Source of the DNA: Eubacteriales bacterium
GTDB taxonomy: Bacteria; Bacillota; Clostridia; Oscillospirales; CAG-272
Length of the DNA stretch: 64,000 bases
NCBI GenBank assembly: GCA_045653945.1
Contig: JAZOML010000003.1
Location: forward strand, 7,270-71,269
Direction of reading: 5' to 3'
Shown here piece by piece: positions 53,104 through 63,378 of the stretch. A model generated the notes under the pieces. It was not told where the DNA came from. It worked only from the letters and a program-made list of their open reading frames with translations, and searched no databases. Position 1 is the stretch's first letter; every line of letters starts with the position of its first letter. The translations under genes and the position numbers were made by a program.

Positions 53104-53814
53104 TTATTCTTCGTCGTCAGGAATATCCTGTTCAGCTTCGGGCTTATCCTGCTTACGAGGCTTATTTGCGCCTCCGACGTAATGGATAACTACCTTGCGA
53201 TGCTCGTCGCTTCCAACCGACGCGGTCATAACCAGCGGGTCGTTTTGGAGTGCGGAGTGAATTATTCTTCTTTCGTATGGAGTCATAGGGTCAAGAGCGA
53301 TGTTTCTCTTGTATCTCTTAACCTTTTCAGCGGTTCTCTTAGCGAGATTGCGTAGCGTTTCCTCACGTCTTGCTCTGTATCCTTCAATATCAACCGATAT
53401 TTTAGCGCACTCCATACCGCTCTTTTCGAGCGCCTCATTGAGGGCAAGATTTGCAAGATACTGAAGTGCATCCATTGTTTCGCCGTGTCTTCCGATAAGA
53501 ATACCCGTATCTGCGCCTTCGATTTTGATTATTTTGCCGCCCTCGGAGTTAAGCTCACGAGAGAGTGTTGCACGGGTGTTTTTCATACCCATAGCGTCAA
53601 GCACACCGTTTAAGTAATCAATAGCGGTTTGCTCAGGACCAATTTCAACGAAAACTCTTACCTTTGCTGCCGTTTCGCCAAAGCCGAGGAAGCCTTTTTT
53701 AGGTGCTTCGATAACCTCGTATTGAATTCTCGCAACGTCAACGCCGAGCTTTGCTGCGCCGTCAGCTATTGCCGCTTCAACTGTGCGGCCACATCCGATT
53801 TCTTCTTTTAACAT
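53104..53814 (-). CDS. jag: RNA-binding protein Jag/KhpB (Jag_N, KH, R3H)
   Basis: GRTVEAAIADGAAKLG..., IGRHGETMDALQYL (KH), MTPYERRIIHSAL (R3H). Confidence 0.9.
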   Translation of the reverse strand: MLKEEIGCGRTVEAAIADGAAKLGVDVARIQYEVIEAPKKGFLGFGETAAKVRVFVEIGPEQTAIDYLNGVLDAMGMKNTRATLSRELNSEGGKIIKIEGADTGILIGRHGETMDALQYLANLALNEALEKSGMECAKISVDIEGYRARREETLRNLAKRTAEKVKRYKRNIALDPMTPYERRIIHSALQNDPLVMTASVGSDEHRKVVIHYVGGANKPRKQDKPEAEQDIPDDEE

Positions 53815-53849
53815 AGCTATATCCTTTCGTATATATGGCAGGAAAGCGA

Positions 53850-54950
53850 TTATTTCTTACCGCCGCCCTTTTTATCGTCGTAATTTTTCATTTTTGCACC
53901 GCCGAGCGCACCCTTAGAAGCGGGCGTGTTTTCGGTATTCTGTACCTTTTGGCTAGCCTCAACCTTAGCGTTGTACTCATCGTCGTCGATGTGGTGAAGC
54001 GAGGGAACGTAGGGTTTATTGGGGTCGCGCAGGGATTTCATTCCGCGCTTATTCTTTTTCTTTTTGCCGAAAATTTCGCGTTCAGCCTCCTTGTAATCGT
54101 CCTCGGTGAACTTTGGGAAGGGCTTAAGCTTAACTAAAATGAACTGCTGAACAAGACCGAGAAGGCTCTGGAATATCCAGTAAACACCAATAGCCGCAGG
54201 AACGCTGAATGCAATCCAGGTAGACATAAGCGGCATTACGAGGTCCATTATAATAGATGAGGTTTTTGCATCTGCACCGCCCGTCTGCATAACGGGAGAT
54301 TGATACGAGAGCTTTCTCATAAGCTTTGAGGTAAGAAGCGTTGCGAGGAAGTTGAGTACGGGAATGAGCATAAGCCAAGTCCACCACTCAGGCGTCAGAG
54401 CAAGGTCAATCGCACCGAAAAGGTTGAAGTTAGGTAGCTTTTCGGCAAGCGCCCCTGCATCCATACCCGTTACCGACGTATACGCACCGAGGTTTCCTCT
54501 CATTGCGGAGAGCATTGCAATTTCATCGGTTGTGCCGCCTGCAAGAGTTGATATTCCTGCAAGAATTTCCTCGGAAAATCCGCAAATGTAGGTAAGAGGC
54601 TTTCTGATAACGTTATAAATGAAGATAACGATAGGCAACTGAATAAGCATCGGCAGGCATCCTGCAAATTGGCTATATCCCGCCTTTTGCTGAATTTCCT
54701 GAATTTCCATTTGGCGCTTTTGCTGACTTGTTCTATCGTTTCTGCCCGCATACTTCTTTACGATAGCAGCCTCCTTTGGGCGAAGGGACGCCTGCTTTAA
54801 TGAGTTGTTGTGCTGCTTTATACCAAGCGGCAGCATTAAAACCTTTACGATTACCGCAAAGAGCAAAAGCGCTAGGGCATAGTTGCTGAACATCGCCTTG
54901 TAGCAAACGTTCAGTATCCACGCAATTGTTTCATACAAAAAATCAAACAT
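53850..54950 (-). CDS. yidC: membrane protein insertase YidC/Oxa1 family
   Basis: Multi-TM. GCLPMLIQLPIVIFIY and a Lys-rich C-terminal tail. Lies between jag and yidD/rnpA. Confidence 0.9.
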   Translation of the reverse strand: MFDFLYETIAWILNVCYKAMFSNYALALLLFAVIVKVLMLPLGIKQHNNSLKQASLRPKEAAIVKKYAGRNDRTSQQKRQMEIQEIQQKAGYSQFAGCLPMLIQLPIVIFIYNVIRKPLTYICGFSEEILAGISTLAGGTTDEIAMLSAMRGNLGAYTSVTGMDAGALAEKLPNFNLFGAIDLALTPEWWTWLMLIPVLNFLATLLTSKLMRKLSYQSPVMQTGGADAKTSSIIMDLVMPLMSTWIAFSVPAAIGVYWIFQSLLGLVQQFILVKLKPFPKFTEDDYKEAEREIFGKKKKNKRGMKSLRDPNKPYVPSLHHIDDDEYNAKVEASQKVQNTENTPASKGALGGAKMKNYDDKKGGGKK

Positions 54951-54979
54951 TTTATATTTCCTTTCAACTAAAAGGGGTT

Positions 54980-55303
54980 TTATATATAGTTTCCGTAGGT
55001 AGTGAGATACGGATAGCTTACAGGGGTGTTATCTACTCGAGCAGCCTTACCGAAAACCGCTGTTTTGGGTACTAGCTTTCTCTTTTTGCGAGGTACAGGA
55101 TTGTAACCGCCCCGAAAAAGCGGATTGCAGCGCAAAATCCGAAAAACACCCATTGGCAGACCGATAAGCGCCCCCCACTCGTTTATAGCTGTATATGCAT
55201 ATTTTGAGCAGCTCGGTTCAAATCTACAACACGGCGCACTCTTTCTTTGGGATAGGTGCTTACGGTAAAGCTTAATCGGAGCTAAAAACAAGCGTCTTAG
55301 CAT
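54980..55303 (-). CDS. yidD: membrane protein insertion efficiency factor YidD
   Basis: LAPIKLYRKHLSQRKSAPCCRFEPSCSKYAYTAINEWG...RILRCNPL. Confidence 0.88.
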   Translation of the reverse strand: MLRRLFLAPIKLYRKHLSQRKSAPCCRFEPSCSKYAYTAINEWGALIGLPMGVFRILRCNPLFRGGYNPVPRKKRKLVPKTAVFGKAARVDNTPVSYPYLTTYGNYI

Positions 55304-55695
55304 TGTCCGTCCTCTTTTTTATCGGCGTACATTTCAAGTCTTTCAAGCTGATTTCTCATCTCGGCAAGTATGTCTGTGGACTTGGCAGTAGTAGCGTCCT
55401 CGCGTGCGCAAATTACTACAAGGAAGCCTTTTTTTATTTCCCTCTCGCCACAAGCCGCTGAAAAAGCCGCGCGTATAACTCGTTTTGCTCGGTTTCGCTG
55501 CACAGCTCCGCCTATTTTCTTAGACACCGTAATTCCTATGCGGTTGACTAGCTTCTTCTCAGGGTGAGCCTTTTTTAACAAATACGCCTTCTTATCCTTT
55601 AAAACGTATATGACCGTGTAGCGTCCACCCATCTTTTTGCCGCCTGCGTACACCTTCTTGTAAAGATGATTTTCTTTAATGGCTATCGGTTTCAT
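55297..55695 (-). CDS. rnpA: ribonuclease P protein component
   Basis: KENHLYKKVYAGGKK...RIGITVSKKIGGAVQRNRAKRVIR. Directly downstream of rpmH. Confidence 0.92.
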   Translation of the reverse strand: MKPIAIKENHLYKKVYAGGKKMGGRYTVIYVLKDKKAYLLKKAHPEKKLVNRIGITVSKKIGGAVQRNRAKRVIRAAFSAACGEREIKKGFLVVICAREDATTAKSTDILAEMRNQLERLEMYADKKEDGQC

Positions 55696-55888
55696 ATCCT
55701 AATCACCAATTTTTATCACTTTAAATAAGCGTTTATAAACAAAAAAATGAACCTCGGCCTATTGCCTGCGTTCATTTCTAAAATCTCTGCATTATTTTTT
55801 GTGCTTGAAGTACACGCAAGTAAAGAACGCAGATTGTCTTTACTCGCGTGATATTTCTGCATCAAGTGGTTTCAAAAGCAACCTAAAA

Positions 55889-56023
55889 TTAATAGGTAAG
55901 TCTTTCTCTTCCTTTTGCGCGTCTTCTCTTCAAGACCTTTCTTCCGTTAGCAGTCTTCATACGCTTGCGGAAGCCGTGCTCCTTTTTTCTCTGACGCTTT
56001 TTGGGCTGGTATGTTCTTAACAT
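55889..56023 (-). CDS. rpmH: 50S ribosomal protein L34
   Basis: Manual ORF, below the track cutoff: [55 protein letters not shown] upstream. Confidence 0.95.
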   Translation of the reverse strand: MLRTYQPKKRQRKKEHGFRKRMKTANGRKVLKRRRAKGRERLTY

Positions 56024-56183
56024 AGTCGTACTCCCTCCGTTTCTAATTTCGTCCGTTAACGCAACCATAATCGGCTACATCAACGCATAAGTTTGCATCG
56101 TAATCAACATTATATACTATTTTATAACTATTTGTCAACCCATTTCAAAATTTTTACAAATTCTTAACAAGTATCCCCCCCCC

Positions 56184-56392
56184 GCTTTTCGAGAAAAGCT
56201 TGGCAAAAGCTTCTCTTACCACGCCACCGTGATGTAGTGTGGAAGTTTTGAGCTTTGTTCTATTTAAATACAGTGTAATTATTTAAAGATTACTCGTTGT
56301 TGTATACAGTTCTTTTGAAAGGAGTTGAGAGTCTTTCAGAAGTCTTTGCCAAGCTTTCTTCAGAAAGCGGGAAAGCGGGAAAGCGGGGGAAA
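56184..56392 (+). repeat. mosaic repeat block upstream of dnaA
   Basis: gcttttcgagaaaagc (56184-56199), then ttggcaaaagcttctcttaccacgccaccgtgat...gtggaagttttgagctttgtt[40-nt insert]ttgtatacagttcttttgaaaggagttgagagtctttcagaagtctttgcc, then a-gctttcttcagaaagc (hairpin 56353-56368), then gaaagcgg three times. Confidence 0.85.
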
Positions 56393-56400
56393 AAGTAAAC

Positions 56401-56500
56401 ATTGTGTAAATTATAATATTAATTATTGCATAAATTATATAATTATGTTATTATAAATATAATTAAATTAAATTTTAAAATATAATAGTGATAAAAGTAG
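56401..56500. other. extremely AT-rich tract upstream of dnaA (candidate DNA-unwinding element and dnaA promoter region)
   Basis: About 100 nt of almost pure A/T (attataatattaattattgcataaattatataattatgttattataaatataattaaattaaattttaaaatataat). No DnaA boxes within it. Confidence 0.35.
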
Positions 56501-56521
56501 TAAAAAAGAAAGGAAAAGTGT

Positions 56522-57982
56522 ATGCAGGAATTTGACGAAATATGGGATGCCGCACTTGAGGAGCTTAAAAAGAGCACCTCTGACGTTGTTTTCAACCTTT
56601 GGTTTAAGGTGCTGAAGCTTGTTGACTTAACGGACACTCACGCGGTTTTTTACACTGAAAGTCCATTCAAACGCGAGAGAATTGAAAAGAATTTTTCTAT
56701 ATCAATAGCTCAAACTCTTGAAGCGGTGCTAGGATATAAGGTTGAGCTTGTTTTCACAAGTGGAAACGGAGAAATAAATCAGAGCCAGACTCAAACTCCG
56801 GAACAAACACAGGCGCAGACGGACAAGCCTGCCGAAAGTATATCAAGTGAGCCCGTTACAAGCGAGGAGCAGGACGAGGTTGCCGAAAACGAGCCAAAAT
56901 TTATAGTAACCGACGGAGATATGCCGGTAGACGTTCCAAGCGACTATACATTTGATAATTTTATTGTAGGAACGTCAAATAACTTTGCTCACGCGGTATG
57001 CTTATCAGTTGCAAAGCTGCCTGCACCTGCAGCGGCAAATAAAGACTCAAGTATGAGTATAAGAGAGAGTAATCCGCTGTTTATTTACGGCCCGAGCGGT
57101 CTTGGAAAAACTCACCTTATGTTTGCGATGATAAACGAAATCAAGAAAAATTATCCTCATTATAAGGTTGTTTACGACAAGGGTGATGAATTTACCAACC
57201 AAATGGTAGATAGCATTAACGCCAAAAACCCCGCGCAGTTCCGCGAAAAATTCCGTAAGGCGGACGTTCTCTTTATTGATGATATTCACTTCATAGCGGG
57301 ACGCGACGGAACTCAAGAGGAGTTTTTTAACACCTTTAACGACCTTCACCAGCATAACAAACAGATAATTTTGACGTCGGATAAGCCGCCAAAGGATATA
57401 TCAAGACTTGAGGAGCGACTCCGCACAAGATTTGAGTGGGGAATGATTGCCGATATTCAGCCGCCCGACTTTGAGCTACGAGTTGCTATTATGGCAAAAA
57501 AGGCGGAAAACCTAGGTATGCCACTACCTACCGAAGTCCTTAACTACCTTGCGGAAAAGCTTACCAATAACGTAAGACAAATGGAAGGCGCACTAAAACG
57601 TATCATAATGTACAGTAAGCTTAACAGTGAGCCGGTTACAATACCTATGGTTAATACCTGCATAGCAGACCTTCTTCAAAATAACGGCCCTATGCATATA
57701 ACACCTGAAAAAATTGTTGCGAAGGTTTGCGACAAATACAAGGTTTCCGAAAAAGACGTTTGCGGAAACAGCAGAGTTTCACATATTGCAAAGGCAAGAC
57801 ACCTGTGCGTTTACCTTATGGTAAAGCTCCTTTCAATGTCCTATTCCGAAATCGGAAGATTTTTCAAGAAAAAGGACCACACCTCAGCGCTTAATTCCTT
57901 TAAATGGATTGATAACGAAATAAAAAATAACGCCGTTTTTGAAATTGAAATCAACGACTTAATAAAAGAAATTCAATCATAA
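56522..57982 (+). CDS. dnaA: chromosomal replication initiator protein DnaA
   Basis: NPLFIYGPSGLGKTHLM, LFIDDIHF, and C-terminal DNA-binding helix (ARHLCVYLM...SYSEIGRFF..KDHTSAL). 486 aa. Confidence 0.97.
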   Translation: MQEFDEIWDAALEELKKSTSDVVFNLWFKVLKLVDLTDTHAVFYTESPFKRERIEKNFSISIAQTLEAVLGYKVELVFTSGNGEINQSQTQTPEQTQAQTDKPAESISSEPVTSEEQDEVAENEPKFIVTDGDMPVDVPSDYTFDNFIVGTSNNFAHAVCLSVAKLPAPAAANKDSSMSIRESNPLFIYGPSGLGKTHLMFAMINEIKKNYPHYKVVYDKGDEFTNQMVDSINAKNPAQFREKFRKADVLFIDDIHFIAGRDGTQEEFFNTFNDLHQHNKQIILTSDKPPKDISRLEERLRTRFEWGMIADIQPPDFELRVAIMAKKAENLGMPLPTEVLNYLAEKLTNNVRQMEGALKRIIMYSKLNSEPVTIPMVNTCIADLLQNNGPMHITPEKIVAKVCDKYKVSEKDVCGNSRVSHIAKARHLCVYLMVKLLSMSYSEIGRFFKKKDHTSALNSFKWIDNEIKNNAVFEIEINDLIKEIQS

Positions 57983-58003
57983 ATCAAAGCGCAAAAAATT
58001 GCC

Positions 58004-58116
58004 TGTGGATTACTTAATTTTACCACACACCTTATCCACAAGTTACCCACTAAAATAGGCAAACATTTCCACATACTTTTTTGTAGGTTTTAAGGCAAAA
58101 AACCTACTTATCCACA
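58004..58116. promoter_or_regulatory. DnaA-box cluster in the dnaA-dnaN spacer
   Basis: Perfect TTATCCACA at 58032-58040 and 58108-58116. One-mismatch box tgtggatta at 58004-58012. Weaker ttacccact and atttccaca. Confidence 0.8.
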
Positions 58117-58210
58117 AGTTCCACACCCTCTAGTGCTACTACAACGACTACCTTAATTTGTATTTGTATTTGTAGTTTTCACTTCAAAAAGCAGGTAAAT
58201 CACCTGCAAA

Positions 58211-58341
58211 CAAATAATTGATTTATTTTAAAAATTAAACTTAACACGAAGTAAGCGTAGTAAGAGAAGTCTTTGCTACGACGTTTGCAAAGCAAACTCG
58301 CAAGTTCGACGAAGACGAACACTAGCTTATCTTCAGAAAGC
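58211..58341 (+). repeat. mosaic repeat immediately 5' of dnaN
   Basis: caaataattgatttattttaaaaattaaactt...gcgtagtaagagaagtctttgc...gcttatcttcagaaagc, followed by gtgaaaaaATG. Confidence 0.8.
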
Positions 58342-58349
58342 GTGAAAAA

Positions 58350-59495
58350 ATGAAGATAAAAGTAGATAAAAGTGAATTTGAAAAGGCGATAGCGCCTATT
58401 ATGGGAGCTGTTTCGGGAAGAAACAACACCATACCAGCAGTTGAAGGAATACTCCTTACAACTCACGGGGATACCGAGGTAACGCTAACCTCATTTGATA
58501 TAGAAAAGGGATACAGAATAACTATATCTGCAAAGGTAGTTGAGCCCGGTAGCTATATAATAAACGGAAACAGACTTAAAAATATTGTAAACGCAATGCC
58601 AAACGGTGAGTTAACCGTTCATATAGATACTAAGATGACTGTAAAAATTTCGGGCGGCAAGTCAGAGTTTGAGTTAAGCGCAATGGACGGTGCGGATTTT
58701 CCGACACTACCTGAATTTAAGAGCGACCTGAAATTTACCGTAAATCAGGGAACACTTCTTGATATGATAAACCGAACAAAGTTTGCTATTGCAAAAAGCG
58801 ACGAAAGAAAGGCACTTTCAGGAGCATTCTTTGAATTTAAAGAAAATGAACTGAAGATAGTTGCTTGTGATGGAAACAGACTTGCTGTAAGAGAGCAAAA
58901 ATGTGAGGTAACATCAGTAACGGACAGAAAACCTGAAATAAGCTTTATTCTGCCCGGAAAAACCATTGAAGAAGTAACAAAAATTCTTAAAAAAGACGAA
59001 GAAAACGTTACTATTACAATAACAAGAAGAAACTGTGTATTTGAATGCTGCGGACTTCTGTTCTTCTCAAGACTTATTGAGGGTAACTATCTTGAATATA
59101 ACAAATTCATTCCTCAAAACAGTAAATATGTTGTAGAGGTTGATACAAACGAATTCCTTGAAAGCCTGTATAGAGCATTCCTTGTAACCGAGGATAGAGC
59201 TCTTGGTCAAACAAAAAGTTTTGTAAAATGTAATTTCAGCGAGGGAATGCTTAACATATCGTCTGTATCGGTAAACGGCAGAGTTTTTGATGAAATAACC
59301 ATTGAGGGAATGAACGGAGAGCTTGAAATAGGATTTTCCTGTAAATATCTTATAGACGCTCTTTCTGTTTGCGGAACTGAAAAGGTTATCTGTGAGCTTA
59401 ATACACCGTATACCTGTATGGTAATAAAGCCTGCCGAAAAAAGTGATAACGAGGACTTCCTTTACCTTGTTCTGCCCGTCAGAATGAAGGGTTAA
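58350..59495 (+). CDS. dnaN: DNA polymerase III beta sliding clamp
   Basis: 381 aa. Three-domain clamp pattern and conserved position after dnaA. Confidence 0.95.
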   Translation: MKIKVDKSEFEKAIAPIMGAVSGRNNTIPAVEGILLTTHGDTEVTLTSFDIEKGYRITISAKVVEPGSYIINGNRLKNIVNAMPNGELTVHIDTKMTVKISGGKSEFELSAMDGADFPTLPEFKSDLKFTVNQGTLLDMINRTKFAIAKSDERKALSGAFFEFKENELKIVACDGNRLAVREQKCEVTSVTDRKPEISFILPGKTIEEVTKILKKDEENVTITITRRNCVFECCGLLFFSRLIEGNYLEYNKFIPQNSKYVVEVDTNEFLESLYRAFLVTEDRALGQTKSFVKCNFSEGMLNISSVSVNGRVFDEITIEGMNGELEIGFSCKYLIDALSVCGTEKVICELNTPYTCMVIKPAEKSDNEDFLYLVLPVRMKG

Positions 59496-59502
59496 AAAAT
59501 AA

Positions 59503-60558
59503 ATGTACTGTAACAAAATAATCTACAATAATTTTAGAAACGTAGAAAGCGCAGTCTTAGAGCTTGATAAAGAGGTAAACGTTCTAAACGGATTCAATGC
59601 GCAGGGAAAAACAAACCTGCTTGAGGGAATTTACCTTTTTGCCTGCGGAAAAAGCTTTAGGGGAGCAAGTGATAAAGAGCTTGTTAAAATAGGAAGCGGC
59701 TTTGGGTCGGTTGCTTTGAATTTTACCGATAAACAAAGACAGCGAAGCTTTGAAATGCGATTTTTTGAAAACGAACGAAAAATTTGCTTAAAAGAGGGTA
59801 TCAAGGTATCCAAAATGAGCGAATTTATAGGCGCATTCAGAGCAGTTTTATTCTCGCCTGACCACCTATCAATAGTAAAAGACGGCCCCGCCGAAAGAAG
59901 AACGTTCCTTGATGTAGCACTAAGTCAGCTTTATCCAGCTTACGTTGATGCTCTTTCAAAATATAAAAAGCTGCTTAGCGAAAGAAATTCACTGCTAAAA
60001 GACCCCGACGTTATAGGATTTAACGATATAATAAGTGTAATAAGTGAGCAAATGGCAAGGCAGGCGGCTTTTATAAGCGCAAAAAGATACGATTACGTAA
60101 AAAGACTTGGTGTTCACGTTAAGGATATAATCTCTGATATGACGCTCGGCGCCGAAAAATGCGATTTAAGCTACGAAACACCAAGAGATGAGTTGGAATA
60201 TAAAAAACTTCTTTTTGTTAATTTAGAAAAAGAAAAAGCGGCGAAAACGACACTTTATGGAGCACACAAGGACGACATAGCGGTTAAGCTGAACGGACTT
60301 GATAGCAGAGTGTACGCATCACAAGGTCAACAAAGAAGCATTGCTCTTGCAATGAAAATAGCCGAAGGCGAAATTTCAAAGGAAATTTCAGGCGAATACC
60401 CTGTATTTTTATTTGACGATATACTTTCGGAGCTTGACAGTAAAAGAAAAGATTTCATTTTGTCAGGACTTGACGGCAGGCAGGTTATAATAACCGGCTG
60501 CGAGGAAATAAACAAAGGTAAAATATTTAAGGTTTCGATGGGAAGGGTAATTATATGA
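59503..60558 (+). CDS. recF: DNA replication and repair protein RecF
   Basis: VNVLNGFNAQGKTNLLEGIY Walker A, SQGQQRSIALAMK signature, LFDDILSELD Walker B. Confidence 0.93.
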   Translation: MYCNKIIYNNFRNVESAVLELDKEVNVLNGFNAQGKTNLLEGIYLFACGKSFRGASDKELVKIGSGFGSVALNFTDKQRQRSFEMRFFENERKICLKEGIKVSKMSEFIGAFRAVLFSPDHLSIVKDGPAERRTFLDVALSQLYPAYVDALSKYKKLLSERNSLLKDPDVIGFNDIISVISEQMARQAAFISAKRYDYVKRLGVHVKDIISDMTLGAEKCDLSYETPRDELEYKKLLFVNLEKEKAAKTTLYGAHKDDIAVKLNGLDSRVYASQGQQRSIALAMKIAEGEISKEISGEYPVFLFDDILSELDSKRKDFILSGLDGRQVIITGCEEINKGKIFKVSMGRVII

Positions 60559-60564
60559 TTTTTA

Positions 60565-60668
60565 TTCTTTCTTGAAAGAAAGAACCAAAGAACTTTTCTT
60601 ACAAAACGGAGCAAGAACTTTACTGCAAATTTTAAAATATGATTTTTTTGCCCCGTTTTGTAAGAAAA
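60565..60668 (+). repeat. hairpin-core repeat with long inverted repeat
   Basis: ttctttcttgaaagaaagaa (60565-60584), then ccaaagaacttttcttacaaaacgg ... ccgttttgtaagaaaa. Confidence 0.8.
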
Positions 60669-60757
60669 TAAAGGTTTTTTATTCAAAATAGAGTAAAATT
60701 ATATATTTACCGTTTACTCAAAAACTTAAAAATTTACTTCATTTAAAAGGAAAAAAG

Positions 60758-61006
60758 ATGTTTATAACAATTTCGCCTGAAAAGGTTATAAAAACCGATG
60801 AAATTGTCGGAATATTTGACCTTGACACTGCATCGCAAACCAAAACTGCAAGGGATTACTTTAAAAATGCCGAAAAAAACGGCAGAGTAAAAATGACAGG
60901 CACAGAGCTTCCTAAATCATTTGTAGTAATGATAGACGGCACAGTGTATCTGAGCCAATATTCAGCAAAAATTTTAACTGCACGAACAAAATACGTGATT
61001 AGGTAG
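60758..61006 (+). CDS. remB: DUF370 protein (RemB/YaaB-like)
   Basis: 82 aa. IVGIFDLD motif. Lies between recF and gyrB, as yaaB/remB does in Bacillus. Confidence 0.7.
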   Translation: MFITISPEKVIKTDEIVGIFDLDTASQTKTARDYFKNAEKNGRVKMTGTELPKSFVVMIDGTVYLSQYSAKILTARTKYVIR

Positions 61007-61013
61007 GGTTTCC

Positions 61014-61431
61014 GGCTTTCTTGTAAGAAAGCCTCGCCAAAAGTCGGGGCCGCCCGACAGCGGTAACGGCTACGCCCAAGAAGTTCTAATCGTATTAACA
61101 CTCATACTGCTGTGTGTTCACACAGTAAGTTAGAGTTTGCATAAAGTTTAAACAATTTCGTCGACCGCGTGTGCGCGGCGGTGATACAAGTGAAAAAAGG
61201 CGTTGGGAGCCAAGGCTCACAAAAGCCATTTAAACGAAGTAGCACAAGGCGTTTTGTAAAGCAAAACGGCGACGAAATCCCTACACCAAACCAAATGCCA
61301 CAAAAGTTTTTGCCGAGGCTTTTTTCAAAAAGCCGGAAAAAAAGCCGAAAAAAAATAAAAAGTAAAAAATTTAAATTAAATACGAAGTAAGCGGGGCAAG
61401 AGAAGTCTTTGCTAAGCTTTCTTCAGAAAGC
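61014..61431 (+). repeat. 420-bp non-coding block of mosaic repeats 5' of gyrB
   Basis: Core hairpins ggctttcttgtaagaaagcc (61014-61033), ccgaggcttttttcaaaaagccgg (61313-61336) and gctttcttcagaaagc (61416-61431). Structured domain S5 lies in between. The block ends gtggaaaaATG. Confidence 0.85.
61155..61278 (+). repeat. structured repeat domain, subtype alpha (copy S5, 5' of gyrB)
   Basis: atttcgtcgacc-[ccgcg tgtg cgcgg]-cggtgat-[..gagcc aa ggctc..]-aaacgaagtagc-[cgttttg taaag caaaacg]-gcgacgaaat. Confidence 0.8.
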
Positions 61432-61439
61432 GTGGAAAA

Positions 61440-63353
61440 ATGGAAGAAAACAAAACACCACAGTATGACGAAAACCAAATACAAGTCCTTGAAGGACTTG
61501 AAGCGGTAAGAAAAAGACCGGGTATGTATATCGGTACAACCTCGGAAAGAGGACTCCACCACCTCGTATATGAGATAGTGGATAACTCAATCGACGAGGC
61601 TATTGCAGGCTACTGCACCGAGATAACGGTTACACTTCATAAGGACGGCAGCTGCTCCGTTCAGGATAACGGACGCGGAATACCGACAAGTACACATAAA
61701 ACAGGCAGACCGACACCTGAGGTTGTATTTACGGTTCTCCACGCGGGCGGTAAGTTCGGCGGCGGCGGATACGTAATATCGGGCGGACTTCACGGAGTTG
61801 GAGCATCGGTAGTTAACGCACTTTCCGAGTGGCTTTACTACGAGGACTGCCGCGACGGTCAGGTATACGGACAAAAATTTGCCCGCGGTAAGATAGTTGA
61901 AGACTACCACTATATAGGAACAAGAGAAAAAAGCGGACTTTATGTACGCTTTATGCCCGACGGACAAATTTTTGAAAGTCTTGACTTCAAATATAACGAG
62001 CTTATGGTAAGAATGCGTGAGCAGGCGTTCCTTAACGCAGGTATCCGCATCATATTCCGTGATGAGCGCCCCGAGGAGCCCGTTGAAAATAACCTCTACT
62101 ACGAGGGCGGTATCGTTTCCTTTGTTTCGCAGATAACAGCGGCCAAAAAAGACGATAAGCCTATGAGCGAGGACGTCGTATATATGAAGGCGCAAAACGG
62201 CGTTAACACCGCCGAGGTCGCACTCCAATACAACGACGGATATTCTACCGATATATATAGCTTTGCTAATAACATAAGAACAACCGAGGGCGGTATGCAC
62301 GAAATGGGCTTTAAAGAGGCTCTGCACAGCGCAATAAACACCTACGGCAAAAAGTACGGACTTATCAAAGAGGGTGAGGAGCTTAAGGCAGAGGACACCC
62401 GTGAGGGACTTGTTGCTATCATTTCGGTTAAGCTTCAGGACGCACAATTTGAGGGACAGACCAAAACCAAGCTCGGAAACTCCGAGATGAGAGGTATGGT
62501 AAGAGAGCTTGTAAAAGAGAAGCTCGGCGAATACCTTGAAGAAAATAAAGCGGTTGCAAGAGCAATATTTGATAAAACTCTTGAAGCGGCAAGAGCAAGA
62601 GAGGCGGCAAGAAAGGCGCGCGATGCGGCAAGAAGAAAGAGTCCGTTTGGCGGCACCTCGCTCCCCGGAAAGCTTTGGGACTGCCAAGAAAAGAGAGTCG
62701 AGGTTACAGAGCTTTACCTTGTTGAGGGTAACTCGGCAGGAGGCTCTGCAAAGGGCGGACGTGATAGCCGTTACCAAGCAATCCTTCCTCTTAGAGGTAA
62801 GGTTCTTAACGTTGAAAAGAGCCGCTCCTCAAAGGTTTACGACAACGAATCCCTGCTCCCGATAATCCAGTCGGTAGGATGCGGAGTAGGACCTGAATTT
62901 GATATTGAAAAGCTGCGCTACGGCAAGATAATCATAATGGCGGACGCGGACGTTGACGGCTCACATATCCAGATACTTCTGCTGACCTTCTTCTACCGCC
63001 ATATGAAGCCCCTTATTGAACAGGGACATATCTATCTTGCAATGCCACCGCTGTTTAAGATAAGCAAGGGCAAGACGGTACGCTACGCATACTCCGACGA
63101 GGAAAGAGATGCTATAATTGCTGAGCTTGGCGACAGATGTGAGGCTGAGCGATACAAAGGTCTTGGTGAAATGGACCCCGAGCAGCTCTGGGAAACCACT
63201 ATGGACCCGATGCGCCGTACCTTAAAGCAGGTAACAATCGAGGACGCAATCATTTGTGATGAGGCGTTTACGCTTCTTATGGGTGATGAGGTTGAGCCTC
63301 GCCGAGATTTCATAGAGAAAAACGCAAAGTACGTTTCTAATCTTGATATTTAA
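61440..63353 (+). CDS. gyrB: DNA gyrase subunit B
   Basis: 637 aa. GLEAVRKRPGMYIG, GGLHGVGASVVNALS, EGNSAGGSAK, PLRGKVLNVE, IMADADVDGSHI. Confidence 0.97.
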   Translation: MEENKTPQYDENQIQVLEGLEAVRKRPGMYIGTTSERGLHHLVYEIVDNSIDEAIAGYCTEITVTLHKDGSCSVQDNGRGIPTSTHKTGRPTPEVVFTVLHAGGKFGGGGYVISGGLHGVGASVVNALSEWLYYEDCRDGQVYGQKFARGKIVEDYHYIGTREKSGLYVRFMPDGQIFESLDFKYNELMVRMREQAFLNAGIRIIFRDERPEEPVENNLYYEGGIVSFVSQITAAKKDDKPMSEDVVYMKAQNGVNTAEVALQYNDGYSTDIYSFANNIRTTEGGMHEMGFKEALHSAINTYGKKYGLIKEGEELKAEDTREGLVAIISVKLQDAQFEGQTKTKLGNSEMRGMVRELVKEKLGEYLEENKAVARAIFDKTLEAARAREAARKARDAARRKSPFGGTSLPGKLWDCQEKRVEVTELYLVEGNSAGGSAKGGRDSRYQAILPLRGKVLNVEKSRSSKVYDNESLLPIIQSVGCGVGPEFDIEKLRYGKIIIMADADVDGSHIQILLLTFFYRHMKPLIEQGHIYLAMPPLFKISKGKTVRYAYSDEERDAIIAELGDRCEAERYKGLGEMDPEQLWETTMDPMRRTLKQVTIEDAIICDEAFTLLMGDEVEPRRDFIEKNAKYVSNLDI

Positions 63354-63378
63354 GTTAGCCTTGTGCTTGCTGTTTTTC

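Noticed and set aside
61587-62777. 396-aa antisense ORF inside gyrB
   Set aside because: It is a shadow of the gyrB reading frame. It is Cys/Leu/Ser-rich nonsense with no motifs.
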